From an uncultured Methanomicrobiales archaeon (GTDB lineage: Archaea; Halobacteriota; Methanomicrobia; Methanomicrobiales; Methanospirillaceae), in assembly GCA_963758915.1 (NCBI GenBank), contig CAVWXH010000003.1, positions 224,001 through 288,000 of the forward strand: a stretch of 64,000 bases of DNA, read 5' to 3'. Each line of letters starts with the position of its first letter. The stretch's first letter is position 1. This document shows positions 41,061 through 51,072 of the stretch, in pieces. The translations under genes were made by a program, and so were the position numbers. The notes beneath the pieces were generated by a model. It was not told the DNA's origin, ran no database searches, and worked only from the letters and a program-made list of their open reading frames with translations.

Positions 41061-41103
41061 GAACGATTTCCGGTAGTCGGGTGTCCGCAGGGATTGGGAT
41101 GTG

Positions 41104-42228
41104 TTATCCTTCGGCACCGGTTCCCGGGATACCGGCATCCACGTTCAATAACACGGCTTTATCGAGCCCCCAGAGCGAAACCGCTGCAAGGGCCCCGATT
41201 ACGCCACGTCCGCCATGGAGGATAACATCGTTATTACGGGCAACACGGTCCGCAAGTTCGCGGTCTACTACCGTGGAACGCACCAGTCGGCCATACCTCC
41301 TGAGTTCCGGGGGTATACGGAACCCGGTCCTGATAGCGACACCCCATTCGTGAGACAGGGCCTCATCACTGACGAATTTTAACACCCGGTCTTTAATCTG
41401 GTCTATCAACCCGGGTTCGGCAGCAACATCAATGAAACTACACGAATTTCCGGCAGTCTTACCGGGAAGCGCAGGGTACAACATTGCAACATGGTGCCCG
41501 ATGGGGATAAGCCCCTCCATTCCCGCTATATGCTGGAGGAGTGCAAGTGCAAGTGCAAAGGTTGCACCCCCTTTCGGGCTGTCGGTATCATCGATCCCGA
41601 TGATCACGTGAGTAAGTGCCCGGGTATACACTTCGCCTTCCACCACACCTCCTTTTTTTCGGACTTTCACATGGGCAACACCTTTCGCACCCGACATCAT
41701 GTCAGTGAGCGAATAGGCAGGGCCACCGATGCAGCGGATCTCCTGCACCACCATGTCGCCCTCCCGGCGTACCCCGGTAACACCGACGGCGGGAGACGGG
41801 TATGCCCCGATAGATATCTCCCCTCGACAAAGCTTTGCGCATTCCCGGAGTAATGTACCATCTCTCTGGACGTGGTTGAGCGCACCCCCTGCCATCCGGT
41901 GATGATACCCGCAAAATGCGGCACAGGCACCACTCATGCATTCGTGGTAGATCTCTACCCATTCACCGTCCACCGTGGTAAAAATCCTCCGGCATGCAGA
42001 GGAGGGGACCGCACTGACCGCTGCATACCGGGCAGGGATACGGCCCTGCTTCCGTTCCTTCACCACCACACACCCTTCAGAGACAAGGCGGTTGACCCAG
42101 TCCTGGGCCGTGCTCCTCGGCACTTCCGCCGCGTTCTGTAAATTGGTTACCGTAAAGTAGCCCTGTTCAAGAGTGACCTGTCGCATCAGGTGCAGGTACT
42201 GCCTGCGTCGTTCAATTACACCGTACAT
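41104..42228 (-). CDS. HTH plus TiaS-core / methanogenesis-marker-11-like domain protein
   Basis: N-terminal HTH (VPRSTAQDWVNRL), Cys/His-rich middle, IGIDDTDS, KTAGN, GRGVIGALAA motifs. Confidence 0.7.
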   Translation of the reverse strand: MYGVIERRRQYLHLMRQVTLEQGYFTVTNLQNAAEVPRSTAQDWVNRLVSEGCVVVKERKQGRIPARYAAVSAVPSSACRRIFTTVDGEWVEIYHECMSGACAAFCGYHHRMAGGALNHVQRDGTLLRECAKLCRGEISIGAYPSPAVGVTGVRREGDMVVQEIRCIGGPAYSLTDMMSGAKGVAHVKVRKKGGVVEGEVYTRALTHVIIGIDDTDSPKGGATFALALALLQHIAGMEGLIPIGHHVAMLYPALPGKTAGNSCSFIDVAAEPGLIDQIKDRVLKFVSDEALSHEWGVAIRTGFRIPPELRRYGRLVRSTVVDRELADRVARNNDVILHGGRGVIGALAAVSLWGLDKAVLLNVDAGIPGTGAEG

Positions 42229-43198
42229 GGGACGAAATAAACAGGATATCCCCTATTATTGCGCTAGCGGTCTCTATCGACCCTGCCCCTTTTCCGATCA
42301 GGGTGATCTCCCCCGCCATGTCGGTCTCAAGGGTGATGGCATTTAAGGTACCTTCGAATACCAGCGGGTGGTCTTTCCTGATGATCCGCGGTGAAACACG
42401 GAGTACTCCTCTTTCGGGAAAAGCCTCGGCGATCAGCCGTATCGTGCAGTCTTTCTCTTCGGCAAGCCGCAGCGCATCGGTAGTGAGAAGATCAATCCCG
42501 GTGATATCCACGCGGTCAAGAGTTGCACCATTATCCCATATGGTATTCGCGAGAATTACCAGCTTGATTGCAGCATCGATCCCTTTCACATCATAGGTGG
42601 GGTCGGCCTCGGCGTAACCAAGTTCCCGTGCTTCGGCAAGGGCCTGGTCATAGGTGAGCCCTTCTGCGGCCATCCGCGTGAGAATATAGTTGCAGGTGCC
42701 GTTCAATACGCCATACAACGCTTCGAACTTGTTTCCTGCAAGTCCGTTACCAAGCGTATGCATGATCGGTATAGCACCTCCTACGGTTGCCTCGTAACGG
42801 ACCAGTACACCCTTTTCCTTCGCGAGGTCCTTCAGTTCTCTGAGGTTCAGGGATATTGGCCCTTTATTGGAGGTGACGATATGCCTGCCCCTCTCTATTG
42901 CCAGTTTCATGTACGAAAGCGCAGGTTCCCCGCTTCCGGCATCGGTAGGGGTGACCTCAACAAGGACGTCGTAATCTGCACGTGTGACCACATCGTTTGC
43001 AGAGATAGACGGATTCCCACAAAGTCCAGTCTTTTTTGAAGATAGTACCGCCCCGATATCCAGGCCTGACGGGTCAATCAGCCCGCTTTTCGAGTCTGCA
43101 ACCCCGGTCACGATAATATCAAGGTCCTTTCTGGCGATCATCTCCAGTACACCTTTTCCTACCGAGCCAAGGCCGAGGACTGCGACCCTGATTGTCAT
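42212..43198 (-). CDS. hom: Homoserine dehydrogenase
   Basis: GLGSVG, VTSNKGP, YEATVGGAIP, LNGTCNYIL, GYAEADP..DV.G.DAA.K motifs. Confidence 0.96.
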   Translation of the reverse strand: MTIRVAVLGLGSVGKGVLEMIARKDLDIIVTGVADSKSGLIDPSGLDIGAVLSSKKTGLCGNPSISANDVVTRADYDVLVEVTPTDAGSGEPALSYMKLAIERGRHIVTSNKGPISLNLRELKDLAKEKGVLVRYEATVGGAIPIMHTLGNGLAGNKFEALYGVLNGTCNYILTRMAAEGLTYDQALAEARELGYAEADPTYDVKGIDAAIKLVILANTIWDNGATLDRVDITGIDLLTTDALRLAEEKDCTIRLIAEAFPERGVLRVSPRIIRKDHPLVFEGTLNAITLETDMAGEITLIGKGAGSIETASAIIGDILFISSHVRCN

Positions 43199-43701
43199 AC
43201 GAGTTCCCCCTCAAGCGGCTCAATAATCAGCAGTTTTTTTGTTTTTGCAACCTCGCGAAGGATATCGAGCGCGGAGTCCATATCCTTTTTTGTGACTGAC
43301 TTGATAGTCAGGCGGGCAGAAGAGGGTTCATGAATCGCAGGCATCGCAAGGTCAAGGGCGGTAACTTCGGCAAACCCGGTGCAGTCTATACGGTCAACGG
43401 TATCTGAGAGGTCGGTATGCATGAGGTGGCCGATCATAATCACCGTCTGTTTGTAGAGAAGGCGGTCCTTCCCGATCCGGAGGATATTCACACCCCGTTC
43501 TTTAATCATCGATACAAGGTCAGTAAGCCGGGATTCGGCGATCTCCAGCACAATCTGCACCCCCAGCGTATCTTCGCGGGACGAGAGGTCACGCTGGTGG
43601 ATGACCGCGATGATATTTCCTCCTACCTCAGAAATGGGCTGCAGGGCCGAGACGAGCTGTCCCGGCGAGTCCTTCATCTCAAGCTTCATCGATACCTGCA
43701 C
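43195..43701 (-). CDS. ACT-domain protein (putative allosteric regulator of homoserine dehydrogenase)
   Basis: KLEMKDSPGQL...GGNIIAVIH ACT motif; IGHLMHTDLSDT; GTG start 43701; coupled to hom. Confidence 0.85.
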   Translation of the reverse strand: MQVSMKLEMKDSPGQLVSALQPISEVGGNIIAVIHQRDLSSREDTLGVQIVLEIAESRLTDLVSMIKERGVNILRIGKDRLLYKQTVIMIGHLMHTDLSDTVDRIDCTGFAEVTALDLAMPAIHEPSSARLTIKSVTKKDMDSALDILREVAKTKKLLIIEPLEGELV

Positions 43702-43925
43702 TAAAGCACCTGATGATACGTAGAACGGCACCAAAGATAAGTCTTTTACATGTGATTCACGGAGCAGGGGAAGATTGGGGTTACAATCGGTGTGAGATCC
43801 CGGAAGGTTAGAGTGAAAAAATGTACTCCCGTTACATTTCCGGTTTTTCCCGGACCATCCGGGCATGGAGAGGGACAAAGATAACAGGGACAGACGATCT
43901 CATGGATTTTGTCAGCACCTTTGTA

Positions 43926-44564
43926 TCAGGGAGAACGCATCATTCCCCCGTCACTCCCGGGAAGTTCGTTTCCGGCGTCTGGCTCTTTTCCGGCGGAATT
44001 TTCACCGGAGCCTTCAGGCAGACCTGCATCGGGGGGGTTTGCGATTACGTAATGCTCAATGAAGAACCGAAATGACTTGTTCTTTTCGACAGCGATGCTC
44101 AGTGAGAAATGTTTCAGGACTTCGATCATAAATGCGATTTTTGACGGGTAATAGCGCGGGATCCACCCGATAAAATGCTCCTTCGTAACAAAGTCAGTAC
44201 GCGCAGGGGCATGGATCCCGAGTGCTTTCGCCCCGGCATCATCAATGCCGGCGAGATACCAGCTCTCAATCTCCTGGATGATCACCATTATGTGCTGGTA
44301 ATCTGCCTCGGAAAACCTGGAGAGAATGATATTCTTTTTGGCAGGAACACTCTTTTCAAAGTCAATATCAGTGACAATGATGTAACTATGGTGCATGGCG
44401 TTGATGCCACGTATAAACCGGTCCACCTTGACAGATTTTGTACAGGCGAAGGTGATCAACTCAACCGACTCAAATGCATGCTGAAACCTGGGTTTTATGA
44501 TTGTTTCAAAGAACCGCACATCATCGCTTCCCTCAACAAAAATAAAAAGGCGCCTTGCTGCCAT
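43926..44564 (-). CDS. Stand-alone OLD-type TOPRIM domain protein (DUF4276/DUF4435-like)
   Basis: IFVEGSDD, DID and EIESWY motifs; starts 7 bp after ATPase stop. Confidence 0.7.
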   Translation of the reverse strand: MAARRLFIFVEGSDDVRFFETIIKPRFQHAFESVELITFACTKSVKVDRFIRGINAMHHSYIIVTDIDFEKSVPAKKNIILSRFSEADYQHIMVIIQEIESWYLAGIDDAGAKALGIHAPARTDFVTKEHFIGWIPRYYPSKIAFMIEVLKHFSLSIAVEKNKSFRFFIEHYVIANPPDAGLPEGSGENSAGKEPDAGNELPGSDGGMMRSP

Positions 44565-44571
44565 CTCAACC

Positions 44572-45822
44572 TCATTCGAGACCTATAAGGTCCTGGATAA
44601 AGAGTTCGTCGATACCTATCTCGTGCTCAAGGAATGTCCTGACCTCCTGTTTGTCAACCGGCCTCGAAAGGTGGGAAAATCCTTCCCGGTCCCTTGTGAT
44701 GAGGGTAATATCTTCGATATTGACATGTTTTACCATCTCAGGGTTATGAGTAGTCACGATAATCTGCTTCTTTTGTGAGGCATCCTTGAGTATGGCGACC
44801 AGTTTTGCGATAAGGGCCGGGTGAATATTTCTTTCCGGTTCTTCAATAATTGTTACAGGGCGCTCTTCAAAGAAAAGTGCAACAATCAGGGCTGCGATAT
44901 TTATTGTCCCATCGGAGATCATCGAGGCCGGAATATACTTATTTCCGCTGTATACTTCCCGTACCTTCATAAAAAGTGACATATCAAGAAACTTTTCAAC
45001 CGCGATATCATCAACAAATGGCAGCATGTCCCGTACGAGATTAATGAACGCCATTTTTCGGTCAGGGTCTTCACAAATACCCTTGACAACGATGGCAAGG
45101 TTACTCCCATCCTTCTCGAGTTCGGTTTTACCGAGCATCGGGGCCGCTTTCTTGAGAAGCCGGGGGTCGAAGTCATATATTTTGATCCCACGGAATATCC
45201 ATTCAAGAGGGGGTATCCCGGGGACATTCATGGGAATATTGGCAATCAGGCGGGTGCCGGGCTTTTCCTGCGACTGGAAGAGGTGCGGGAACAGGTCTTC
45301 ATCATGGACGACAAATCCCGGCGGGGGGATGAGGTCAAACCGGATCTCTCCGTCCAGGAGGGATAATTTCATACACCCCGGCCCGATCTTCTGCCCGGGG
45401 GTCAGGGGTCCGAAAAAATCCCCGTTAATTTCAAGCTGGTCCTTCGGGATTTCGTATCCCGCCTGGGTATCCGTGAACCGGAGGGAGAACTCGTACACCA
45501 GGTGGCGGGGTTCGAAATATATCGGGGCGTGTTCTCTTACCCCGATTACCTCTTTTTTCCTCTCCTCAAGCGTGTATTCGATCTTAAATGAGAACTCCTC
45601 TGCAGGTCCGATAACCGTGTTTCGAAGGTAATCAACACCCCCCTGGAGCGAGATGGCATTGCCGATGCCGTATTTTGCAATATCCCGGAGGAAAATAAAT
45701 ACCTGGATCAGGTTTGATTTTCCCGAGGCATTTGAACCGATAAGAATGGTAAACGAGTCTGGATGAAACGACATCTCACGGAAACTTTTAAAGTTGGTGA
45801 CAGAGATGCAGGTGATAGGCAT
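44572..45822 (-). CDS. ABC/AAA_21-type ATPase (OLD/AbiEii-like)
   Basis: NFKSF, Walker A GSNASGKS, signature ISDGT, Walker B IIEEPE, D-loop NIHP, H-switch TTHNP. Confidence 0.88.
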   Translation of the reverse strand: MPITCISVTNFKSFREMSFHPDSFTILIGSNASGKSNLIQVFIFLRDIAKYGIGNAISLQGGVDYLRNTVIGPAEEFSFKIEYTLEERKKEVIGVREHAPIYFEPRHLVYEFSLRFTDTQAGYEIPKDQLEINGDFFGPLTPGQKIGPGCMKLSLLDGEIRFDLIPPPGFVVHDEDLFPHLFQSQEKPGTRLIANIPMNVPGIPPLEWIFRGIKIYDFDPRLLKKAAPMLGKTELEKDGSNLAIVVKGICEDPDRKMAFINLVRDMLPFVDDIAVEKFLDMSLFMKVREVYSGNKYIPASMISDGTINIAALIVALFFEERPVTIIEEPERNIHPALIAKLVAILKDASQKKQIIVTTHNPEMVKHVNIEDITLITRDREGFSHLSRPVDKQEVRTFLEHEIGIDELFIQDLIGLE

Positions 45823-45953
45823 AACACAGAGTCATATGCAGTGGGAGATAAGGACTTCGTTTGTATAATCCCTGGTGTCCGGAAAACGGTGACGACCTCA
45901 CCCCCTGCATTTCCGGCATAAATGATAATGAGGAGGAACGCTACTGTTCTATT

Positions 45954-46508
45954 ATGACGACCTGGCCAGTCCCCGCGAGTGAGTCTGCAGCGGTACCGGA
46001 TGAGGGTAAACCCGGATCTTTCTGGGAAGACAGGGGAGACCGGTTCCATTGTGGCGTAGATATTTACGCACCCGCCCTGAGCGGGGTAATGGCATGTGAA
46101 ACCGGGGAAGTGATCGATGTTGGCATCGCAACATCCCCGGAACAGGAAAGTTACTGGGACACCACATGGTATGTCCTGGTTAAAACCCGGTCCAATCTTT
46201 ATTGCCGTTACGCTGAGTTCGCTGACATTTTAGTACATACCGGCGACCGGGTGCTGGAGGGGCAGATAATCGGGCACATCGGGGCCGTTATCAGGCCACA
46301 CCTCGTGGACGGTTGTTCACCACTCTATATCCAGCGTCTTAAACTGGACGGCCATGTGTCAATGCTGCATTTTGAAGTGTACCGGTTGAGGCCTGGCTAC
46401 ATGCGGGCCTATAGTGGCGGTAACTGGTTTGGTGAAGGGCGTCCTGAAGGACTTCTTGATCCGGGACCATACCTGCGGAATGCAAGCCATGGTATAGAGA
46501 AGTGCTGA
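45954..46508 (+). CDS. M23-family metallopeptidase domain protein, atypical
   Basis: WPV, HCGVD (HxxxD), GEV, V..GD.V..GQ.IG..G, LHFE, DP.PYL. Confidence 0.8.
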   Translation: MTTWPVPASESAAVPDEGKPGSFWEDRGDRFHCGVDIYAPALSGVMACETGEVIDVGIATSPEQESYWDTTWYVLVKTRSNLYCRYAEFADILVHTGDRVLEGQIIGHIGAVIRPHLVDGCSPLYIQRLKLDGHVSMLHFEVYRLRPGYMRAYSGGNWFGEGRPEGLLDPGPYLRNASHGIEKC

Positions 46509-46729
46509 CCAGATAATGATTGTACGCCAGCCAATACCCACATTCATCGCCATCTAATGGGGGGTTTGAACAATTCAGGTTGGGAGTGGCGCACAGCCCG
46601 GGCACTCCCGCCGGAGCGGGACTGATTTGGTAATAGAACAATGAGTGAATAGGTCAGTGTTTGCGGGTTGCCATTAAAAACCGAAAAGAGAAGAGCAATA
46701 AAGAAAATGGGCCTGTTAATGCCACTTTG

Positions 46730-47161
46730 TTATTTATTGTGATCGGGTACTGTCGTGATGATCGTATTTCCCTTCTTTATCAGGTAATAAGCGATACCAA
46801 GGCTGACTATAATAACACCCATTCCAGCCATATACACACCATCTGAAAATTCAGGGTCGAGAATGATAACTTTCCGGGCAATTGCAATGACCGCAACAAG
46901 GATAACAATCTCCACGTGGATCACATTCTCGCGGAGGTATGCCTTAAGGGTATCAAGGAGTTCAATGCCAATCACCACAAGGAGGAAGAAACCGAATATG
47001 TTGAGTAGTTCATAGTGATCAAGGCGGTATATCGTAGTCTTGAACAAAACCTCATAGAGGAGCCATACAAGCTCGGCTATCGAAAAAACAACTACCCCAC
47101 CAAGGAGGATAATCAGGGTGATATACATTATTTTCTCGAATTTCCTGATGTAATCGAGCAT
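46730..47161 (-). CDS. PsiE-family membrane protein
   Basis: Four TM helices; FLLVVIGIELL.T...Y, VA.IAIARKVIILD motifs. Confidence 0.85.
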   Translation of the reverse strand: MLDYIRKFEKIMYITLIILLGGVVVFSIAELVWLLYEVLFKTTIYRLDHYELLNIFGFFLLVVIGIELLDTLKAYLRENVIHVEIVILVAVIAIARKVIILDPEFSDGVYMAGMGVIIVSLGIAYYLIKKGNTIITTVPDHNK

Positions 47162-47466
47162 AGTAAATTCCTGATTAATACTATTTCGTTGATCATAAGA
47201 GCATATCGTTCCTTGCACCATTCCGGTAGGAACAACACCGGGTGATGAAAAAGTCCCGGAACCACAGGGTCTTCATTGTTCCCGGGTATTCTCACGTTGA
47301 CAACAGTCATACGATATTGCCATTCCGAGAATATTTTTTTCCGGGCGCGGTATCAAGGGAGCTCCCGGGTACCGTCTTTTTTCTTCGAAATCAGTGTGCC
47401 AGAAAAAAAATAATTTAGGATGATTAATAATGATAAATATCGAATGGATTGTTAGAGGGATTTTGG

Positions 47467-49368
47467 GTGGACCTGGTATTTTTCCTTATTCTATTCCCCT
47501 TTATCGCGGCGATCGTTCTCCTTCTTATCAAATCTGATAATGTGAGGAGTGCAGTGGTGGGGGTATCAGCACTGCTTATTGCAGCTGTATCGGTATGGCT
47601 GCTTGCAGCGTATGCAACAAGTGGAACGGTGTTTTTCCCCGTTTCACCTGAACCGTTGGGCGAATTGATGTTCCTGATCGGGATGGGGATTGCGCTCTTC
47701 ATCCTGTATATGGGTGTCAGGTACAAGAATTACATTGCAATTGCCCTGACACTCATTCAGTCGGCACTGATGGTGTACTTTGAGTTCGGCATCAGTCATG
47801 GAGCTGCACCGGAAAACAATTTTTTTGTTGACCAGTTCTCCATTATCATGGCCCTGATAATCGGGATTATCGGGAGTCTCATCTGCGTGTATGCTGTCAG
47901 CTACATGAAGGACTACCATCATCATCACCCTGAAGTGAAGGACAGGAGGAAAACATTTTTCTTTATCATGTTCGTCTTCCTCACCGCAATGTTCGGCCTG
48001 GTGTTCGCGAATAACCTTGCATGGCTCTTCTTCTTCTGGGAAGTCACGACATTATCGTCATTCCTCCTGATCGGTTATTCTCAGACTGATGAAGCGGTTA
48101 AGAACTCATTCCTCGCCCTGAACATGAACCTCCTCGGGGGGCTGGCATTTGCGGGCGCACTTATCTGGCTCGCATCAACCGGCGGGGGCATGGAACTCGA
48201 CAAGCTGATCGCAACGGGAGGGATTATTGCCCTGGTCCCTGCAGTCCTGATCAGTTTCGCAGGTATTACCAAATCAGCCCAGTTCCCGTTCTCATCATGG
48301 CTGGTCGGGGCGATGGTGGCCCCTACCCCGGTATCGGCCCTCCTGCATTCAAGTACAATGGTAAAAGCAGGGGTATACGTGATGGTACGGTTCGCACCGG
48401 TCCTCCAGGGAACAACGCCGGGCTTTATGATTGCCCTTGTAGGGGGTTTCACATTCCTTCTCGCTTCGGCAATTGCCATATCGCAGAGCAATGCAAAGAA
48501 AGTCCTTGCATATTCGACGATCGCAAACCTTGGCCTTATCGTCGCCTGCGCTGGAATCGGGACTTACGAGGCAATATGGGCGGCAATACTCCTGATAATA
48601 TTCCATGCCGTTTCAAAGGCTCTTCTCTTCCTCTGTGTGGGGACGGTCGAACACCAGATCGGCAGCCGCGACATCGAGGATATGAACGGCCTGATCACAA
48701 GGATGCCAAAAGTAACCGTAATGATGCTCATCGGGATGGCAGGGATGTTCCTGGCACCATTTGGTATGTTAATATCCAAATGGGCGGCGATCAGGGCTTT
48801 TATTGATGCACCATACGGGGCCATATTTGTAGTTATCCTGGCATTTGGCGGCGCCCTGACCGTATTTTTCTGGGCAAAATGGATGGGGAGGCTGATATCA
48901 GTCACCCCGGCTGCAGAGGACGCGGAAAGCAGGGTCAGCCGCATGGAGTGGCTCGTGCTTTCGTTCCTTGCAGTACTAATGGTCCTTGCGACCGTTTTGT
49001 TCCCACTCATATCATCCTACCTGGTCGAGCCCTGGCTGCTTGCCATCTATGGGCAGGTCACCCTTCTCGCACAGGAAAATGTGATCATTATGTTGATCAT
49101 GTTGTTCCTGCTGATGGTACTACCCGTCTCCATGTGGTATTACAGAAAGGATCACCGGCAACTCAAGCCGTACATGGGTGGTATGACCACGACGGACCGG
49201 ATGCATTTCACCGGCGCCATCGGGATCGACCGTGAAGTGACCCTGGGCAACTATTACCTTGAAAATTATTTCGGGGAGAATAAAATGTCTAAAATAGGAA
49301 TTCCCCTTTGTATTATACTCCTTGCAGTCATGTTTGCAGGGGTCGCCTATGCGGGGTTGGTGCACTGA
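47467..49368 (+). CDS. echA: Ech hydrogenase subunit A (antiporter-like)
   Basis: FFWE, KSAQFPF..WL..AM.APTPVSALLHSSTMVKAG NuoL-like motifs; first of six-gene operon. Confidence 0.93.
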   Translation: MDLVFFLILFPFIAAIVLLLIKSDNVRSAVVGVSALLIAAVSVWLLAAYATSGTVFFPVSPEPLGELMFLIGMGIALFILYMGVRYKNYIAIALTLIQSALMVYFEFGISHGAAPENNFFVDQFSIIMALIIGIIGSLICVYAVSYMKDYHHHHPEVKDRRKTFFFIMFVFLTAMFGLVFANNLAWLFFFWEVTTLSSFLLIGYSQTDEAVKNSFLALNMNLLGGLAFAGALIWLASTGGGMELDKLIATGGIIALVPAVLISFAGITKSAQFPFSSWLVGAMVAPTPVSALLHSSTMVKAGVYVMVRFAPVLQGTTPGFMIALVGGFTFLLASAIAISQSNAKKVLAYSTIANLGLIVACAGIGTYEAIWAAILLIIFHAVSKALLFLCVGTVEHQIGSRDIEDMNGLITRMPKVTVMMLIGMAGMFLAPFGMLISKWAAIRAFIDAPYGAIFVVILAFGGALTVFFWAKWMGRLISVTPAAEDAESRVSRMEWLVLSFLAVLMVLATVLFPLISSYLVEPWLLAIYGQVTLLAQENVIIMLIMLFLLMVLPVSMWYYRKDHRQLKPYMGGMTTTDRMHFTGAIGIDREVTLGNYYLENYFGENKMSKIGIPLCIILLAVMFAGVAYAGLVH

Positions 49369-50228
49369 TGTCAATCATCTATGCATTACTCTTCCTGCTC
49401 CTTGCACCAATCGCCGGGGGCCTCATCGCCGGGATCGACCGACGGATCACCGCACGGATGCAGGGGCGTGTAGGGCCCCCGATACTCCAGCCGTTCTATG
49501 ATGTAGGCAAGCTGTTTGAGAAGGAAAAAGCCGTGGTGACAAGTTCGCAGAATTTCTACGTGTTGTGTTACCTGGTATTCATCGCTCTGTCAGGGGCGTT
49601 GTTTTTCGGGGGTGGGGACCTTCTGCTGGTAATCTTTGCGTTCACCCTGGCCCACGTGTTCCTTGTGCTTGGGGCATATGCTTCCAACTCCCCGTACAGC
49701 CATGTAGGGGCTGAAAGGGAACTGATCCAGCTGATGGCCTGCGAACCGATCATCATACTCTCTGCGGTAGGCATGTACATGGTCACAAAAAGTTTCTATG
49801 TTGCAGATATCGCGGCCACAAACATACCGCTCGTAATATTTATCCCGGGACTCTTTGTGGGGTTTATCTATATCCTCACCATGAAACTCCGCAAGTCCCC
49901 CTTTGACCTGTCAACTTCACACCATGCCCACCAGGAGCTGGTGAAAGGGGTCACAACAGAGTTCTCAGGACCAACCCTTGGGAGTATTGAGATTGCACAC
50001 TGGTACGAGGCAATATTCCTGATTGGGTTTGTGTACCTGTTTTTCTCGTGGAACCCGCTGATTGCCGTCATCGCGATTATAATCATCTACGTGTTCGAGA
50101 TCTTAATTGACAATACATTTGCCCGTGTGAAATGGCCGCTTGCCCTGAAGAGCAGCTGGCTAATCACCGCAGTGCTCGGGGTCCTGAACCTGGCTGCACT
50201 CTATATAATCGGAGGGTTCCTGAAATGA
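49368..50228 (+). CDS. echB: Ech hydrogenase subunit B (NuoH-like)
   Basis: DRRITARMQGRVGPP..QPFYD, KSPFDLS.SHHAHQE motifs. Confidence 0.93.
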   Translation: MSIIYALLFLLLAPIAGGLIAGIDRRITARMQGRVGPPILQPFYDVGKLFEKEKAVVTSSQNFYVLCYLVFIALSGALFFGGGDLLLVIFAFTLAHVFLVLGAYASNSPYSHVGAERELIQLMACEPIIILSAVGMYMVTKSFYVADIAATNIPLVIFIPGLFVGFIYILTMKLRKSPFDLSTSHHAHQELVKGVTTEFSGPTLGSIEIAHWYEAIFLIGFVYLFFSWNPLIAVIAIIIIYVFEILIDNTFARVKWPLALKSSWLITAVLGVLNLAALYIIGGFLK

Positions 50229-50707
50229 CCTACATGTCAAAATCCCCCTGGCTCCTGCACTACAATGCGAGCAGTTGTAATGGCTGTGATATTGAGATCC
50301 TCGCCTGCCTCACCCCGATGTACGATGTTGAGCGGTTTGGGATTATCAATACAGGAAACCCAAAACACGCCGATATTTTCGTCGTAACCGGCTCCATCAA
50401 CGAGGAGAACAAGGATGTTCTGGTGAACCTCTATGAGCAGATCCCTGACCCGAAAGTTGTCGTGGCGATAGGTATCTGCGCGGCATCGGGTGGGGTGTTC
50501 CGCGAGTGCTACAATGTTATGGGTGGCATAGATAAGCTGATCCCTGTTGACGTCTATGTGCCGGGCTGCGCTGCAAGACCGGAATCAATTATTGACGGAA
50601 TTGTGAAGTCGCTGGGGATACTCGAAGAGAAACGTGATGCCATGGTTAACGGTATCCAGGGAAAACCAGAAATGGACACCGCGGTCAAAGAGGCTGGTAC
50701 AGAATGA
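50225..50707 (+). CDS. echC: Ech hydrogenase small subunit C
   Basis: SCNGCDIE, G.CA..GG, YVPGC..RPE motifs. Confidence 0.94.
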   Translation: MTYMSKSPWLLHYNASSCNGCDIEILACLTPMYDVERFGIINTGNPKHADIFVVTGSINEENKDVLVNLYEQIPDPKVVVAIGICAASGGVFRECYNVMGGIDKLIPVDVYVPGCAARPESIIDGIVKSLGILEEKRDAMVNGIQGKPEMDTAVKEAGTE

Positions 50708-51072
50708 AATACGAAGAACAACCGATCACCATGATCACCATTGATGAACTCCTGGCCAGGACAACCCGGTTCTTTTCAGAGGGCTATCGTCTTGTCCAGA
50801 TCGGGTGCACCAGGGCAGATGGAAAATTTGAGATTAACTATAGCTTTGATAAGGATTACAGGTTTGAAAACCTGCGGCTCCTTCTCCAGGAGGGCGGGAC
50901 CCTGCCGAGTATTTCCGCAGTCTATTTCGGGGCCTTCATCTATGAGAACGAGATTCACGACCTCTTTGGGATTACGGTAACAGGAATGAACATTGATTTC
51001 AAAGGGACGCTCTATCGCACGACGGTCAAGTATCCTTTCAGTGCTGATACAACAAAGGAGGGCGAATCATGA
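50704..51072 (+). CDS. echD: Ech hydrogenase subunit D (NuoC-like)
   Basis: YRLVQI, PSIS, YENEIHDLFG motifs. Confidence 0.92.
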   Translation: MKYEEQPITMITIDELLARTTRFFSEGYRLVQIGCTRADGKFEINYSFDKDYRFENLRLLLQEGGTLPSISAVYFGAFIYENEIHDLFGITVTGMNIDFKGTLYRTTVKYPFSADTTKEGES

